From positions 1-64,000 of the IMG/VR virus record IMGVR_UViG_3300029880_000008: a stretch of DNA of 64,000 nucleotides; one strand, given 5' to 3'. The notes under the pieces were generated by a model. The model searched no databases, was not told the origin of the DNA, and saw only the letters and a list, made by a program, of their open reading frames with translations. Position numbers and translations under genes: made by a program. Every line of letters begins with the position of its first letter. Position 1 is the stretch's first letter. This document shows positions 54,178-64,000 of this stretch, in pieces. Source of the DNA: a virus.

Positions 54178-54636
54178 ATGGCAGAAGAAAAGAAAATAGA
54201 GCAGCCTTCGGTGGATTTGCAGGAGTTGCTAGACAGCGTGCTGCACGACGAGCCTACCGAGTTCGTGTTCCGTGGCAAGAAGCACAAGCTCGGTTGGCTT
54301 CGCAAGGGAACCATGAGCAAGTGTTCCCACATCAGGGCAAAGGAGAAGAATGAATGGAAACGCAACGTCAAGATTTGTGTCTGCATTCTCCTCAACAACA
54401 TCTGGAAGATTCGATTCCTGTATTGGATCTACTGGCGCTGGCTCTACTACATCAAGGATGTGGACGTGGCCGAGGTGCTGAGGGTCCTCGATGTTTCTAA
54501 AAAAAAAATTCCATCGAACGCATTCTCACTGGCTACCATATTAGCGACCGGGATTACGGACGTGATGATGACGATGACGAGGAGCGAAGTAGAAGCTATC
54601 CAAGCAGAACCAGCTGGGGAGCAGCCTTCTCACTAG
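54178..54636 (+). CDS. Tail assembly chaperone (G-like, zero-frame product)
   Basis: 152-aa ORF between the major tail and tape measure genes. Confidence 0.65.
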   Translation: MAEEKKIEQPSVDLQELLDSVLHDEPTEFVFRGKKHKLGWLRKGTMSKCSHIRAKEKNEWKRNVKICVCILLNNIWKIRFLYWIYWRWLYYIKDVDVAEVLRVLDVSKKKIPSNAFSLATILATGITDVMMTMTRSEVEAIQAEPAGEQPSH

Positions 54637-54905
54637 CGGAGAAGTTCGGTTTCCTCTTTCAGCGCAAGTACTTTATCGCGGCCTACGACTACTGGTGGGG
54701 CTATTCATCGGCACAGATTGACCTTATGGTTGCTGACCAGCCTCTTGTCGTCTATCCTAAGACGAAGAAGGAAGGTGGTCCGAAGAAGCACACCAAGAAG
54801 GAGATGGATGACCTCTACGACAGGTGGATGGAGAAAAAGAAGAAAGAAGGAAGTCTTGTCGGCGAGAAAATAAATCTTGCTGATTACTTAAACAATAAAC
54901 TCTAA
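54178..54905 (+). CDS. Tail assembly chaperone GT-like fusion by -1 frameshift
   Basis: After the A10 run, the -1 frame stays open for 133 codons (NSIERILTGYH...GEKINLADYLNNKL) to the TAA at 54903-54905, and has no ATG of its own. Confidence 0.6.
54499..54508 (+). promoter_or_regulatory. Slippery A10 tract (programmed -1 frameshift or transcriptional slippage site)
   Basis: TCT AAA AAA AAA ATT in the zero frame. Confidence 0.6.
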
Positions 54906-54923
54906 TTTTAAAATATTCAGGAT

Positions 54924-57900
54924 ATGGCAGGTGGAAATATGGGAGACCTCAGTTTCTCGCTCACTCTTAAATCGAGAATTGAAGAGGAAACCAAAAAGAT
55001 TACCAAAGAATTAAACAAGATTGATGCTACTGGTAAGCAGGCACAGAATGCTTTGGAAGCAATATCCGAAGCAACAAAAGGTATTGGAGATAAGGGAGGT
55101 CGTAGTTTTGAAAAGCTAAACAACTTCGTTAAAGAATTACGTCGTAACATTGGTGTATTTTCAAGCGAAGATTTCTTTAGTCCGAAAAAACTCCAGCAGT
55201 TGGAGTCTGTCCAGGACGGGTTGTATAAAATAGGTCGCATACTCGGAGAGGTGTCTAAGGAAGGTGCTGGATTCAACATATTCCCTAACAGCGTTGCAAC
55301 TGAGGCAAACAGGGCAGAGAGAGAACTTTATAAGTTATCTTCTATTATTGACGAAATCAACAAACGCCATGGTGAAGGCATACAGATGTTTGGAGTCGAT
55401 TCAACGAACAACATACGTCAGTCGTTGTCAGAGCTGTCTAAATACAGAACTGAGTTAGAACAGATCAGGAATAACAGAGGTATTCATCCTATCACAGGAC
55501 TCACAGCAACTGATGTCGTAAAGAGTTCCGGGTATCTTAATGCTATAGATAAAGCAAATACTTATGCAAAGGTTATAAAGGACGCAGCACGCGAGGCAAA
55601 AGAGGCAGAGAGGCAACGCCAGAATGATTTGAAGAACACGGAGCGTCGGTATGATTCTCTCGGAAATAAGGTTCGCCAGCTTCGCTCGGAATACAGCAGG
55701 GGCATCTCTATCGGTGCAGATGTGAGCAAGGCTGAAGCCGAGATTAACAGACTTCTTTCTTTAATGAGAGCCCTTATAAATATTAAGGGAAGACTTAATT
55801 CAGAAAACTGGAAGGATAGCCTCGGTTTGCTTGGTAATATTGGTAGTGGCCACGATACCACATTGGCTTCGAGAGTCCTTCAAGATCAGAAAGCAGTAAA
55901 CCGAGAGGTTCAAAGAGGCATTGAGCTGGAGCAGAAGCGTCAGCAGGAGATTGCTCAGACGGCTGCAAAGGTTCAGTCTGATTTGGTCCGCGGCTTCGAG
56001 AGAGCCAACAGTCATGCAGGAAAGCTGAATTCAACCGTGCAGGATTTGAAGTCACTTTTCTTGCAGGGAGGTCTTGTGTTCGGCGCACAGCAGTTCGCTA
56101 TGAGCATCATCACTACTGGTGGTGAGATGGAGAAGCAGCATATTGCTCTCCAGTCAATCCTTGGCGATATGCAGAATGCGAATACAATGTTCAATCAGAT
56201 TAAGGAACTCGCTCTTAATTCGCCATTTACATTCTCTGAATTGAACCGAGATGTTAAGCAGTTGGCTGCGTATGGCGTAGAATACGACCAGCTTTACGAT
56301 ACAACCAAGAGGCTTGCTGATATGTCTTCCGGTCTTGGTGTTAGCTTTGACCGTATCGCATTGGCATTTGGTCAGGTTCAGGCTCGTGGCTGGCTCGATG
56401 GTAAGGAACTCCGCCAGATTGCTTATGCAGGTATTCCTCTGCTTGAAAAGTTATCTGAGTTCTACTCTAAGCAAGAGGGTCGAAATGTCTCTACATCAGA
56501 GATTAAGACTCGTATATCAAGCAGAGACGTAAGTTTTGATGATGTGAAGTCTATCTTCTGGCAGATGACTGATGCAGGTGGTCAGTTCTATAATATGCAG
56601 CAGGTTCTGAGTGAAACTCTGCTCGGACGCTACAATAAACTGAAGGATGCCTGGGAAATCATGCTTGCCGACTTTGCTAATGGCAAGAATGTTATAGGTG
56701 GAACTTTCAAGGGTATTCTTGATGTTGTCACCAATCTCGTGCAGCAGATTCACGTCTTGGGTCCTGCTATGGTTGCGGCATTCGCAGGTCCAGCCCTTAT
56801 GCGTGGAGTTAAGACCCTGGAAGGCGGCATAGGAAAGAGGATACTGAACTCTAAGGGAAATATTGCGAAAGAAGCAGAACTTAAGCTTTTGCGTGGAGAG
56901 AAAATAACTCCTGTAGAGAAACAGATTCTTCAGTACAAAAATCAGATTCGGATTCAGGATATTCAGGCACTCGCGAAGGCGAATGCGATAACAAAAGCCG
57001 AGCTCAGGCGATTGTATGTTACCGGTCAGATAACCAAGGAGATGTACAAGCAAGGTATGGCTCTCACCAAACAGGAGGGTCAGGTAAACAGAATCTCCCT
57101 TGGTGGAGTACTGAAGGGATTGGCTAGCCCTAGCAAATGGGAAGCAGCAGGAGGTTTGCTTCTCGGAGGATTGAAATCAGGATTCAGTTCTATCATCGGT
57201 TTTCTTGGTGGTCTTCCAGGAATAGCTATATCTGCCGGATCTGCAATCTTTGCATACTACTGGGAGAAGCATCAGCAGTTGAAACAGGATATGGAGACTA
57301 CGGCTGACGAACTGAAAGACAGGTACACTCAGATTGGCGAGTTCCTTCGCGATAACGATGCAGATAAAGCCATTAAGGACGGCGATGAGAAAGAGATAGA
57401 AAACCTCATTGACGCATATAAGGAAAAGCTTAAGGAGATTGCTCCAGAAAAGGAGAATGCTTTCACTATGAGCCTTCTTGAAAAGAAATCGAATGAGGAC
57501 AGACTTAAGTATCTCAAAGAACAGCTCATTCTTCTCAAGCAGGTTGAGGAGAGTACTCAGAAATCTCTTTCGGACGAGGGTACATACAAGGGATTCGACG
57601 AGAAACTGTCTTCTGCAAAGGAGATAGCAGAAGCATTCTCTTCAGCATCCGCAAAGGCGAATATGATTAATGCCACCCAATCCGACTTCGCTAGCTTCAA
57701 CTCCTGGGAGGAAAAGTATAAGGATGAGGTGAAAGCCATGCGCGATTATCTCATTGATGAGCTTGGAGATATTAGCAACAGCCCGAAGTTGCAGGGTAAG
57801 GCTAACCAGATTCTTTCGTCATTCTTTGCAAAGCAGGGATGGAACCAGGATGTTTCTGATCAGTTCCGTGCTGACGTTCTTAATGCGATGGGTGTTGAAA

Positions 57901-60900
57901 CTGGCTTCTACGAGAACAAATTCAAGGATGCTCTCGATAACGCAGTAAACACTTCGTTTCCCTGGATTGGTGACAAGATTCGCAACAACCAGGAATTGAC
58001 AGATGCAGAGAAGGTACAGGTTTCAAACATGATGAAGGATGCTGCGGCTCAGGTTCAGAAAGACTATCCTTTTGCATCAGACGCATTGAAGCGAATGCTT
58101 GCGGCTGATAGATTCGAGGCTGTCATTCATCTCGTATTCAGGAACGATGACTCGGATCTCACTCAGCAGCTCGAAAAGAATCTCAAGGGTAGTGGTTACG
58201 ACTACCATGAGAAGAACAAGTACGTCAAGAGCTGGGGAAAGGATGCCGGATACGACTACGATAAAGCAAAGAGCAACGCAGAGTCGGACATTACTTCTGC
58301 AAAAAAGGAACTCAACACCAGAAAGAAGATGCTTGCGCTGGGCAATCTTTCTCTCGATGAGTTTACACAGAAGCAGAAGGAGTACGAACTTAAGATGCAG
58401 GCTTATCATGATAACTGGGGCGAATGGTTTACTGGTGACGACAAGAAGAAAAACAAGAAAACCGGTGGCCGTAGGTCAACAGGCGCGCAGACAGATAAGG
58501 CTCTTGAAGATTTGAGGAAGCGCATCGACTTATACAAGAAGATGTATGCTGAAATCAAGAAGTTTAAGGAGCTTTATGGAGAAGGTGCTCTTGGTCAGCT
58601 TGCTAATGACGGAGAGTTTGAGGCTATATTCAATGATAAAAAGAGATTCCCTATCTCCGACTACACCAATTATGAGACCTCTATTAAAGAACTCTTGAAG
58701 ACTCTCCCGGCCTCAACAAGGGAGAGATTGGACTATGCTGCAAACGAGAAGGCTGGCATTCAAACTGAAAACCGAAAACTTCTCGAAGACCAGCGCAGAG
58801 ACGAACTGAATGTACTCAATAAGCAACTTGATACTATATCTGAGCAGTATGAGACATACAAGAAGATATATGAGCTGACAGGAAACAAGAAGGGTTCAGA
58901 AAACATAGCTTTCGGAGGAACTGTCCAGTTTGATACATACAAGAGGTTCCTGGAGGAGCAGCTCGATATTGCGGTAAAGCACGACAACGTTCAGTCCGGC
59001 CTTAACTTGACTACGGACGAGGTTAAGGGAATGAGTCTTGAAAATGTCAAGGATAAATATGGCGATGAGACTCGTGTTTACGATATCCGCAAGAAACTGG
59101 AAGATGAGAACAACAAGATCAAGAAGGAGACCATCGACCTGATGACTAGTCTTATTGAAAAGAATGCAACCATCGCCCAACAGATTGAGGATGAAAACCG
59201 TAAATACGAGAGACAGCTTGAACTCATCAAGGGCATCGAAGACCCACAGATGAGAGACAGAGCCAAGGCCGGAGCCACAAAGACTCACGATGAGAATGTG
59301 GCAAAGCTTCAGTTCGAGCAGTTTAAACAGGAATCTGATTGGTTTTCCATCTTTGATGACCTCGACAGGGTGGCTTCCGCTACAATAGACTCAATGATTG
59401 AGAAGATTGACCAGTTCTCAATGACTACCGGTTTGTCTGTAGAATCTATCAAACAGTTGAGGGACGCTTTGGATAAGCTCAGAAATGAGCAGATTAGCAG
59501 AAACCCGTTCGGCTTCATCTTCGGAGGGGTGAATCGCGGTAAGGCTATCGGAAAGTTCATAAATGAGCGTCTTGGCGGTATGGACGATACTGCGAAGATA
59601 TTCATCAGCAAGGAGGATGCTTCGAGACTTGGAATAGCTGGCGGCGTAAGAACCAAGGCGAGTCTGAAGAATGATCAGCAGTCAGCATACGCCGACTCGT
59701 CTAAGGCCATCTCTGAACTTGCGACAAAGATGCAGGCGCTCAATACGGTTCTTGCCCCGGTAATCAATCTGTTCAAGGCTATGGGTGAAGAGGATTCAAT
59801 CCTTGGTCAAATTGTAGGTGGAGCATCAGGCGCATTCTCTTCGGCAGCAAGTACAGCCGGGGCTTTTGATACCCTCGGCAAAATGGAGGGTCTCGGGTTC
59901 CTCAAAGGTGCTGGTCCATACGCAGCAGCCGCTTCCGCAGCGTTGAGCATTGGCGGCTCGCTCATCAAGGCGTTCGGTGCAGACTACAGCAGCTACAACA
60001 AGGCGAAGGCTGAGTACGACAACCTGACCTCAATTTGGGATTCTCTCATCTCCAAGAAGACTGAGTACATGAACATTCATTGGGGTACAGAGGCTACAGA
60101 GGCATCCAAGGAAGCTCAGGAAATGCTTAAGGCGGAGATTGAGCAGACCAAGGTTATCGCCCAGAAGAGGCTCAATTCTGGTGCTTCTGCCGGATCTCAT
60201 TCTATTTGGTATCGAATGTGGAAGGGTTCGTACAAGTACAATGGTCAGAATTGGCGTGATGTAGCAGGAGAAATTTCTTCAAAGTACGGAGTTCAGTTCA
60301 ATGGAATGGAGGATATGCTCAATATGGACGCCGATACTCTTTCAAAGATAAAAAAGGATTATACCGGTCTTTGGGCTAGTATGGACTCTGAGTTCAGGGA
60401 TTACCTGGAAAAGCTCATTCAGTACGGAGAGAAGGCTGATGATATGATTGAGTCTCTTACAGAGAAGCTTACCGGCAACAAGTTCTCCGACCTAGTGTCT
60501 TCTTGGGGAGATGCTATGGCTACGATGGCAAACACGTCAGACAATCTCGTTGACCATTTCGAGGAAAATCTGAAGAAGACCATCTTGAATTCAATGATTG
60601 AGAATAAATATGGAGACAAGATTAAGGCTCTTTTGAAGAAGACTCAGGGGTACGCAGATAATGGTGACAAGATTAAGGATTCCAACGGAAATGTAATTTC
60701 AGAATACACAGGAGCCGAGTATGCCGACGTAAAGAACAGTACAGATGAGCTCTCAAAGCAAATCGAGGCAACGAGAGATTACCTTAAGAAAACTTACGGA
60801 TGGTCAGATAATAGCAGTTCTTCTTCTAGAAATTCCATTAAGAGTATCACTGAAGAGACTGGTGACCTTATCGCCAGTTACCTCAATGAAATCAGGGCTG

Positions 60901-61106
60901 ATTGTGCAGTAATGAGAGCCGAGCAGGCAAAGTACTATCCGGAGATGAGTGAGATTGCGAAGTCACAACTGACGCAGCTCAATGTGATTGCTCAGAATAC
61001 TCTTCGCAATGCTGATGCAGCCGAGAGGATTGAACGCATATTCGTGGAGTACAACGACAACTTCAACAGAGTTCTCAACGGAACAAAATCTTTAAAGATG
61101 AAGTAA
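54924..61106 (+). CDS. Tape measure protein
   Basis: 2060-aa ORF, mostly coiled-coil, with a hydrophobic/Gly-rich central segment. Canonical position. Confidence 0.85.
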   Translation: MAGGNMGDLSFSLTLKSRIEEETKKITKELNKIDATGKQAQNALEAISEATKGIGDKGGRSFEKLNNFVKELRRNIGVFSSEDFFSPKKLQQLESVQDGLYKIGRILGEVSKEGAGFNIFPNSVATEANRAERELYKLSSIIDEINKRHGEGIQMFGVDSTNNIRQSLSELSKYRTELEQIRNNRGIHPITGLTATDVVKSSGYLNAIDKANTYAKVIKDAAREAKEAERQRQNDLKNTERRYDSLGNKVRQLRSEYSRGISIGADVSKAEAEINRLLSLMRALINIKGRLNSENWKDSLGLLGNIGSGHDTTLASRVLQDQKAVNREVQRGIELEQKRQQEIAQTAAKVQSDLVRGFERANSHAGKLNSTVQDLKSLFLQGGLVFGAQQFAMSIITTGGEMEKQHIALQSILGDMQNANTMFNQIKELALNSPFTFSELNRDVKQLAAYGVEYDQLYDTTKRLADMSSGLGVSFDRIALAFGQVQARGWLDGKELRQIAYAGIPLLEKLSEFYSKQEGRNVSTSEIKTRISSRDVSFDDVKSIFWQMTDAGGQFYNMQQVLSETLLGRYNKLKDAWEIMLADFANGKNVIGGTFKGILDVVTNLVQQIHVLGPAMVAAFAGPALMRGVKTLEGGIGKRILNSKGNIAKEAELKLLRGEKITPVEKQILQYKNQIRIQDIQALAKANAITKAELRRLYVTGQITKEMYKQGMALTKQEGQVNRISLGGVLKGLASPSKWEAAGGLLLGGLKSGFSSIIGFLGGLPGIAISAGSAIFAYYWEKHQQLKQDMETTADELKDRYTQIGEFLRDNDADKAIKDGDEKEIENLIDAYKEKLKEIAPEKENAFTMSLLEKKSNEDRLKYLKEQLILLKQVEESTQKSLSDEGTYKGFDEKLSSAKEIAEAFSSASAKANMINATQSDFASFNSWEEKYKDEVKAMRDYLIDELGDISNSPKLQGKANQILSSFFAKQGWNQDVSDQFRADVLNAMGVETGFYENKFKDALDNAVNTSFPWIGDKIRNNQELTDAEKVQVSNMMKDAAAQVQKDYPFASDALKRMLAADRFEAVIHLVFRNDDSDLTQQLEKNLKGSGYDYHEKNKYVKSWGKDAGYDYDKAKSNAESDITSAKKELNTRKKMLALGNLSLDEFTQKQKEYELKMQAYHDNWGEWFTGDDKKKNKKTGGRRSTGAQTDKALEDLRKRIDLYKKMYAEIKKFKELYGEGALGQLANDGEFEAIFNDKKRFPISDYTNYETSIKELLKTLPASTRERLDYAANEKAGIQTENRKLLEDQRRDELNVLNKQLDTISEQYETYKKIYELTGNKKGSENIAFGGTVQFDTYKRFLEEQLDIAVKHDNVQSGLNLTTDEVKGMSLENVKDKYGDETRVYDIRKKLEDENNKIKKETIDLMTSLIEKNATIAQQIEDENRKYERQLELIKGIEDPQMRDRAKAGATKTHDENVAKLQFEQFKQESDWFSIFDDLDRVASATIDSMIEKIDQFSMTTGLSVESIKQLRDALDKLRNEQISRNPFGFIFGGVNRGKAIGKFINERLGGMDDTAKIFISKEDASRLGIAGGVRTKASLKNDQQSAYADSSKAISELATKMQALNTVLAPVINLFKAMGEEDSILGQIVGGASGAFSSAASTAGAFDTLGKMEGLGFLKGAGPYAAAASAALSIGGSLIKAFGADYSSYNKAKAEYDNLTSIWDSLISKKTEYMNIHWGTEATEASKEAQEMLKAEIEQTKVIAQKRLNSGASAGSHSIWYRMWKGSYKYNGQNWRDVAGEISSKYGVQFNGMEDMLNMDADTLSKIKKDYTGLWASMDSEFRDYLEKLIQYGEKADDMIESLTEKLTGNKFSDLVSSWGDAMATMANTSDNLVDHFEENLKKTILNSMIENKYGDKIKALLKKTQGYADNGDKIKDSNGNVISEYTGAEYADVKNSTDELSKQIEATRDYLKKTYGWSDNSSSSSRNSIKSITEETGDLIASYLNEIRADCAVMRAEQAKYYPEMSEIAKSQLTQLNVIAQNTLRNADAAERIERIFVEYNDNFNRVLNGTKSLKMK

Positions 61107-61112
61107 TAATCG

Positions 61113-61144
61113 GGGGCGCAGATCTATATCTGCGCCCTCTTTTG
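61113..61144 (+). terminator. Intrinsic terminator after the tape measure gene
   Basis: GGGCGCAGAT-CTAT-ATCTGCGCCC followed by TCTTTTG. Confidence 0.75.
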
Positions 61145-61197
61145 TATATTTATGCATTTTTAATCGGATATTTCTTGTATATTTATTCTATTTTTTG

Positions 61198-61205
61198 TAT
61201 ATTTG
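61198..61205 (+). promoter_or_regulatory. Bacteroidota -7 promoter box TATATTTG (distal tail operon)
   Basis: Third of three TTGTATATTT repeats. Lies 26 nt upstream of the 61231 ATG. Confidence 0.5.
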
Positions 61206-61230
61206 CAATTATAAAAAGTTGAATTAAGGT

Positions 61231-61719
61231 ATGAAAGATTATTTCAGGATATACATGCAGAAGGAAGGCGATGGGAACGAGGTGAAGGACTCCATCGCCG
61301 ACTTCGGTATGTACGTCAGCGAGAGTCCGTTCAAGCCTTGTGATTCTGTCAAGGAACCACCGAAAAGGGAGTGGCACGATGAGCATGGTGATGACGAATA
61401 TATCGGAAAGGATGGACTTTATATGGCAGCATACGAGAATAAGGTTAAGTTTATGTTCCACGGCGAGGCTTTCGGCGCTAACGAGAAATGTAAGGCTTTT
61501 ATTGATTACATCCGCAAGTCAGGCATGATGAAGATGTATTGCGACTTCAATAGAATCGGAAGACAGCATGTAAGACTTAAGGATATTGATCCAAACCTAT
61601 ATAGGGATCCGGATAACGAGGACTTGCTAGTCCTCTCTATTACTTTCAAGTTTAACGACCCTGTTACTGATATTAAGCCGATTAAGGATACACAGGGCAA
61701 TATTTCAAATTTAGTATAG
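61231..61719 (+). CDS. Distal tail protein (Dit-like)
   Basis: 162-aa ORF directly after the tape measure gene. Assigned by position and size. Confidence 0.55.
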   Translation: MKDYFRIYMQKEGDGNEVKDSIADFGMYVSESPFKPCDSVKEPPKREWHDEHGDDEYIGKDGLYMAAYENKVKFMFHGEAFGANEKCKAFIDYIRKSGMMKMYCDFNRIGRQHVRLKDIDPNLYRDPDNEDLLVLSITFKFNDPVTDIKPIKDTQGNISNLV

Positions 61720-61726
61720 CATACAG

Positions 61727-64000
61727 ATGAGCACTTGGAATATTTATCATAAGGATGGCTCGAAGCTGACAGACGTTAACGAAGAGCAGATAACCGTTCA
61801 TGGATTGGAATACTCCGATTCTTGGATGGGTGAGTGCTTCGTGAATATCAATTTCAAGCATGAAGTGCCTATCAACTTCCAGATAGGCGACTATATTGTC
61901 TATCGTGGCGAGCGATTCGAGCTCAACTACGAGCCGGGCAAAGATAAGCAGGCAAGACCTGACACCTACGGTGAGGGCTTCGTGTATGACAGCGTAAAGT
62001 TCAACGCATTGCAGGACGAGCTTGCCAGGGCAGAGTTCCTCGATGTGGTATTGAATGATAATGAACTTCACTACACTGCCCTACCGAAATTCCCATTCTA
62101 TGTACAGACTTTGGATGATCTACTAGACAGGATCCAGGCGAACCTCGATGAGCAGATTGGTGCAGGTCTTTGGAAGATTTACTCTAGAAACATGGAACGT
62201 TCCGTGCAGCGTGGATGCCTCGCGAGCGACTGGCTGTCAATGTACGGCGAAGGAACAAGAGATAACGTCATCGAATCGATGTCTATCACAGTGGATTCAC
62301 AGACCTGTTGGCAGGCCCTTGCGCTTGTGAACGAGAAGTGGGACATAAACTTCATAGTCAGAGGAAGAAACATCTATGTCGGTACTACCGGAATACAGGC
62401 AAACCATATCTTTAAGTACGGACTCGGCAATGGACTCTATGAGATTGTTCAGAACGCTGATTCCGACCAGAGTGTCGTTACAAGACTAAGAGCCTATGGT
62501 TCCGAGAAGAACCTTCCTTCTCATTACTATGCGGACCTCGGTGTCAAGTACGTGGCGAATATCACGAAAGTGGTTACAGCTAGCACAAATGTTGAGCTTG
62601 AACTGGATATCGATTATATCGAGACGTATTTCAAGAATCCGAGAAAGTATATTGTTTCTGGAGAAACTGGCGAGCAGTCTTCCGGTTGGGTACTTAAGGT
62701 TACATTTGATTTCAAGACTGAGATTACCGGTTATGTAACAAAGAAATACAATACCAATAAGTGTAGATTCTATTCGGAATACAAGGGAACGCAGGTAGAT
62801 AGCGGTGATGAAGAGTCAAGGGAAAACCTTAACACTTTCATCGCTCAGGTTAAGGCAGGAAACACGAAGATGTATATCACATCCGGCCTCAACAATAAAA
62901 ATGTTCCTTCGTCCATGAAGGAATATGCAGAGAATCTCCCGAACAATATGTCAATCAACAGGCTTATGCTGCCTGGATTTCCCCATGTATCGCTGAGTGA
63001 CTTCTATGATTCACTCACGGATGAGGAGAAGAAGTACGTGAACCCTACCGGAAAACAACACAGATTCTCTACTGACCCGCATAGGCCATACATCGATTCC
63101 ATCAACATCGATCAGATTGGTCTTCGTTCGGCATCGCAGTTCTTCGATACCGATGATAAGACGAATGGAGTCGTAGAAATCTACCCTACCATCGAAGAAA
63201 TGGTTATCGGTGGCGTACGTGTTGATGAGATTGATGAGGGTGTGGCTCCTGATGATGACGGAAGATTTGGCGATAATGAAACCGTAAAGAATGTTGATAT
63301 CTATCTTAAAAAGGCTATCGACTTTGATATCAACGACTTAAAGGATGACGACTTCTCCATCTCGATGAAGGATGGTATGTGTGGTGGTCGAACGTTCAAG
63401 GTAGCATCCTCAACCAAGGTCGATGGGAGATGGAGGCTCACTATCGAGCGAATCAAGGACGACGCTCTTGAGCTTTGGTTTCCATACAAGGACTACCCTA
63501 TCAAGAAAGGAGACCATTTCGTTCTTACCGGCATCACACTTCCTGATTCGTATGTCAATGCTGCGTCTCTGAAGCTCCTTAAATATGCCATAGCATTCAT
63601 TGACAAGAACGACTACACAAGGTACGTCTATCAGCCTAAGGTTGATGAGATTTTCATGGCAAGACAGCATGATCTTGCTGAAAATGATACTACAGGAGGT
63701 ATCAAGAGTCTTCATGATACGCTCAAAGCCGGAGACTTGATGGAGTTTGAGGATACTGACCTCAGAATTGGCGGTGTAATATCCATAGATCAGCTCACAA
63801 TCAAGGAAGAAGATGGTAAGATTCCTACCTACGATATAACTCTTCGCGAGGATAAGGAGGTTGGAACTATCCAGAAGATCCAACAGCAGATATCGTCGCT
63901 CCAAAGTGGAAATGGCGGAACAGGTGCAGGCTTGACAACTACACAAGTCAAGGGCCAGATTGCGACAGAGGGAAGCAAGCACTTCATCTCAAAGATAAAC
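61727..64000 (+). CDS. Tail-associated (Tal-like) or baseplate hub protein, 3' end beyond the window
   Basis: ATG at 61727 (MSTWNIYHKDGSKL...). Where I hand-translated it (the first ~800 nt and the last codons), this frame is open and it runs through position 64000. It is absent from the track because there is no in-window stop. Confidence 0.65.
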   Translation, partial: MSTWNIYHKDGSKLTDVNEEQITVHGLEYSDSWMGECFVNINFKHEVPINFQIGDYIVYRGERFELNYEPGKDKQARPDTYGEGFVYDSVKFNALQDELARAEFLDVVLNDNELHYTALPKFPFYVQTLDDLLDRIQANLDEQIGAGLWKIYSRNMERSVQRGCLASDWLSMYGEGTRDNVIESMSITVDSQTCWQALALVNEKWDINFIVRGRNIYVGTTGIQANHIFKYGLGNGLYEIVQNADSDQSVVTRLRAYGSEKNLPSHYYADLGVKYVANITKVVTASTNVELELDIDYIETYFKNPRKYIVSGETGEQSSGWVLKVTFDFKTEITGYVTKKYNTNKCRFYSEYKGTQVDSGDEESRENLNTFIAQVKAGNTKMYITSGLNNKNVPSSMKEYAENLPNNMSINRLMLPGFPHVSLSDFYDSLTDEEKKYVNPTGKQHRFSTDPHRPYIDSINIDQIGLRSASQFFDTDDKTNGVVEIYPTIEEMVIGGVRVDEIDEGVAPDDDGRFGDNETVKNVDIYLKKAIDFDINDLKDDDFSISMKDGMCGGRTFKVASSTKVDGRWRLTIERIKDDALELWFPYKDYPIKKGDHFVLTGITLPDSYVNAASLKLLKYAIAFIDKNDYTRYVYQPKVDEIFMARQHDLAENDTTGGIKSLHDTLKAGDLMEFEDTDLRIGGVISIDQLTIKEEDGKIPTYDITLREDKEVGTIQKIQQQISSLQSGNGGTGAGLTTTQVKGQIATEGSKHFISKIN

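Larger units (their letters stand above)
1..64000. mobile_element. Temperate siphovirus-like phage genome (Bacteroidota type). No host flank is visible in the window.
   Basis: Continuous phage modules: recombination, lysogeny with int/attP, early genes, replication, packaging, head, tail. attP lies beside int in the middle of phage genes, which suggests the excised or circular form rather than an integrated prophage. Confidence 0.8.

Noticed and set aside
1-64000. Stop-codon reassignment (alternative genetic code) linked to the phage tRNAs
   Set aside because: All large genes, including the 2060-aa tape measure, TerL, portal and primase, are intact under the standard code. None of the tRNA-like genes shows a clear CUA, UCA or UUA anticodon in a canonical loop.

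Overview
The whole 64 kb window looks like one temperate, siphovirus-like phage genome of Bacteroidota type, with no host flank visible. The Bacteroidota assignment rests on TAnnTTTG -7 promoter boxes, lipobox and signal-peptide morons, a DUF3127-type SSB and an Arm-domain integrase. All protein calls come from reading motifs by eye; no similarity search, tRNA scan or RNA fold was run.

Layout:
- 1-9.5 kb, minus strand: recombination and replication-accessory genes (RecT, YqaJ-like exonuclease, SSB-like protein, NinB-like protein, PD-(D/E)xK nuclease, radical SAM protein).
- 9.6-10.9 kb, minus strand: a cluster of tRNA and tRNA-like genes.
- 11-15.1 kb: lysogeny module with an Xis-like HTH protein, a Bro-N/KilAC antirepressor, face-to-face promoters, an XRE-type repressor, a lipoprotein moron, attP with integrase arm-type repeats around a tRNA 3' fragment, and a tyrosine integrase.
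- 15.7-17.2 kb: an inserted IscB element with its upstream omega-RNA region and matching terminal hairpins.
- 17.2-23 kb: membrane proteins, a multi-HTH regulator carrying sigma region-4-like and RNAP alpha-CTD-like domains, and a second tyrosine recombinase.
- 21-37 kb, minus strand: about 30 small early genes. Each is preceded by the same intergenic cassette: a variable hairpin, then TAACCAA, then AGAATTATG.
- 28.5-30.9 kb, inside that array: a reverse transcriptase followed by about 1.17 kb of ORF-free, hairpin-dense sequence.
- 36.2-36.6 kb: an array of AGTACGATAAT repeats.
- 38.2-39.1 kb: AT-rich divergent control region.
- 39.1-43.9 kb, plus strand: D5/P4-type primase-helicase and small genes.
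- 44-48.8 kb, minus strand: packaging genes (TerL, portal, Mu-F-like protein).
- 48.9-64 kb, plus strand: scaffold, lambda-E-like capsid, connectors, major tail protein, G/GT chaperone with an A10 slippery run, a 2060-aa tape measure, Dit, and a Tal that runs off the window.

The best candidate for an undescribed system is the phage-embedded group-II-like RT plus its adjacent large structured non-coding region. It does not fit retron, DGR, group II intron or known DRT layouts.
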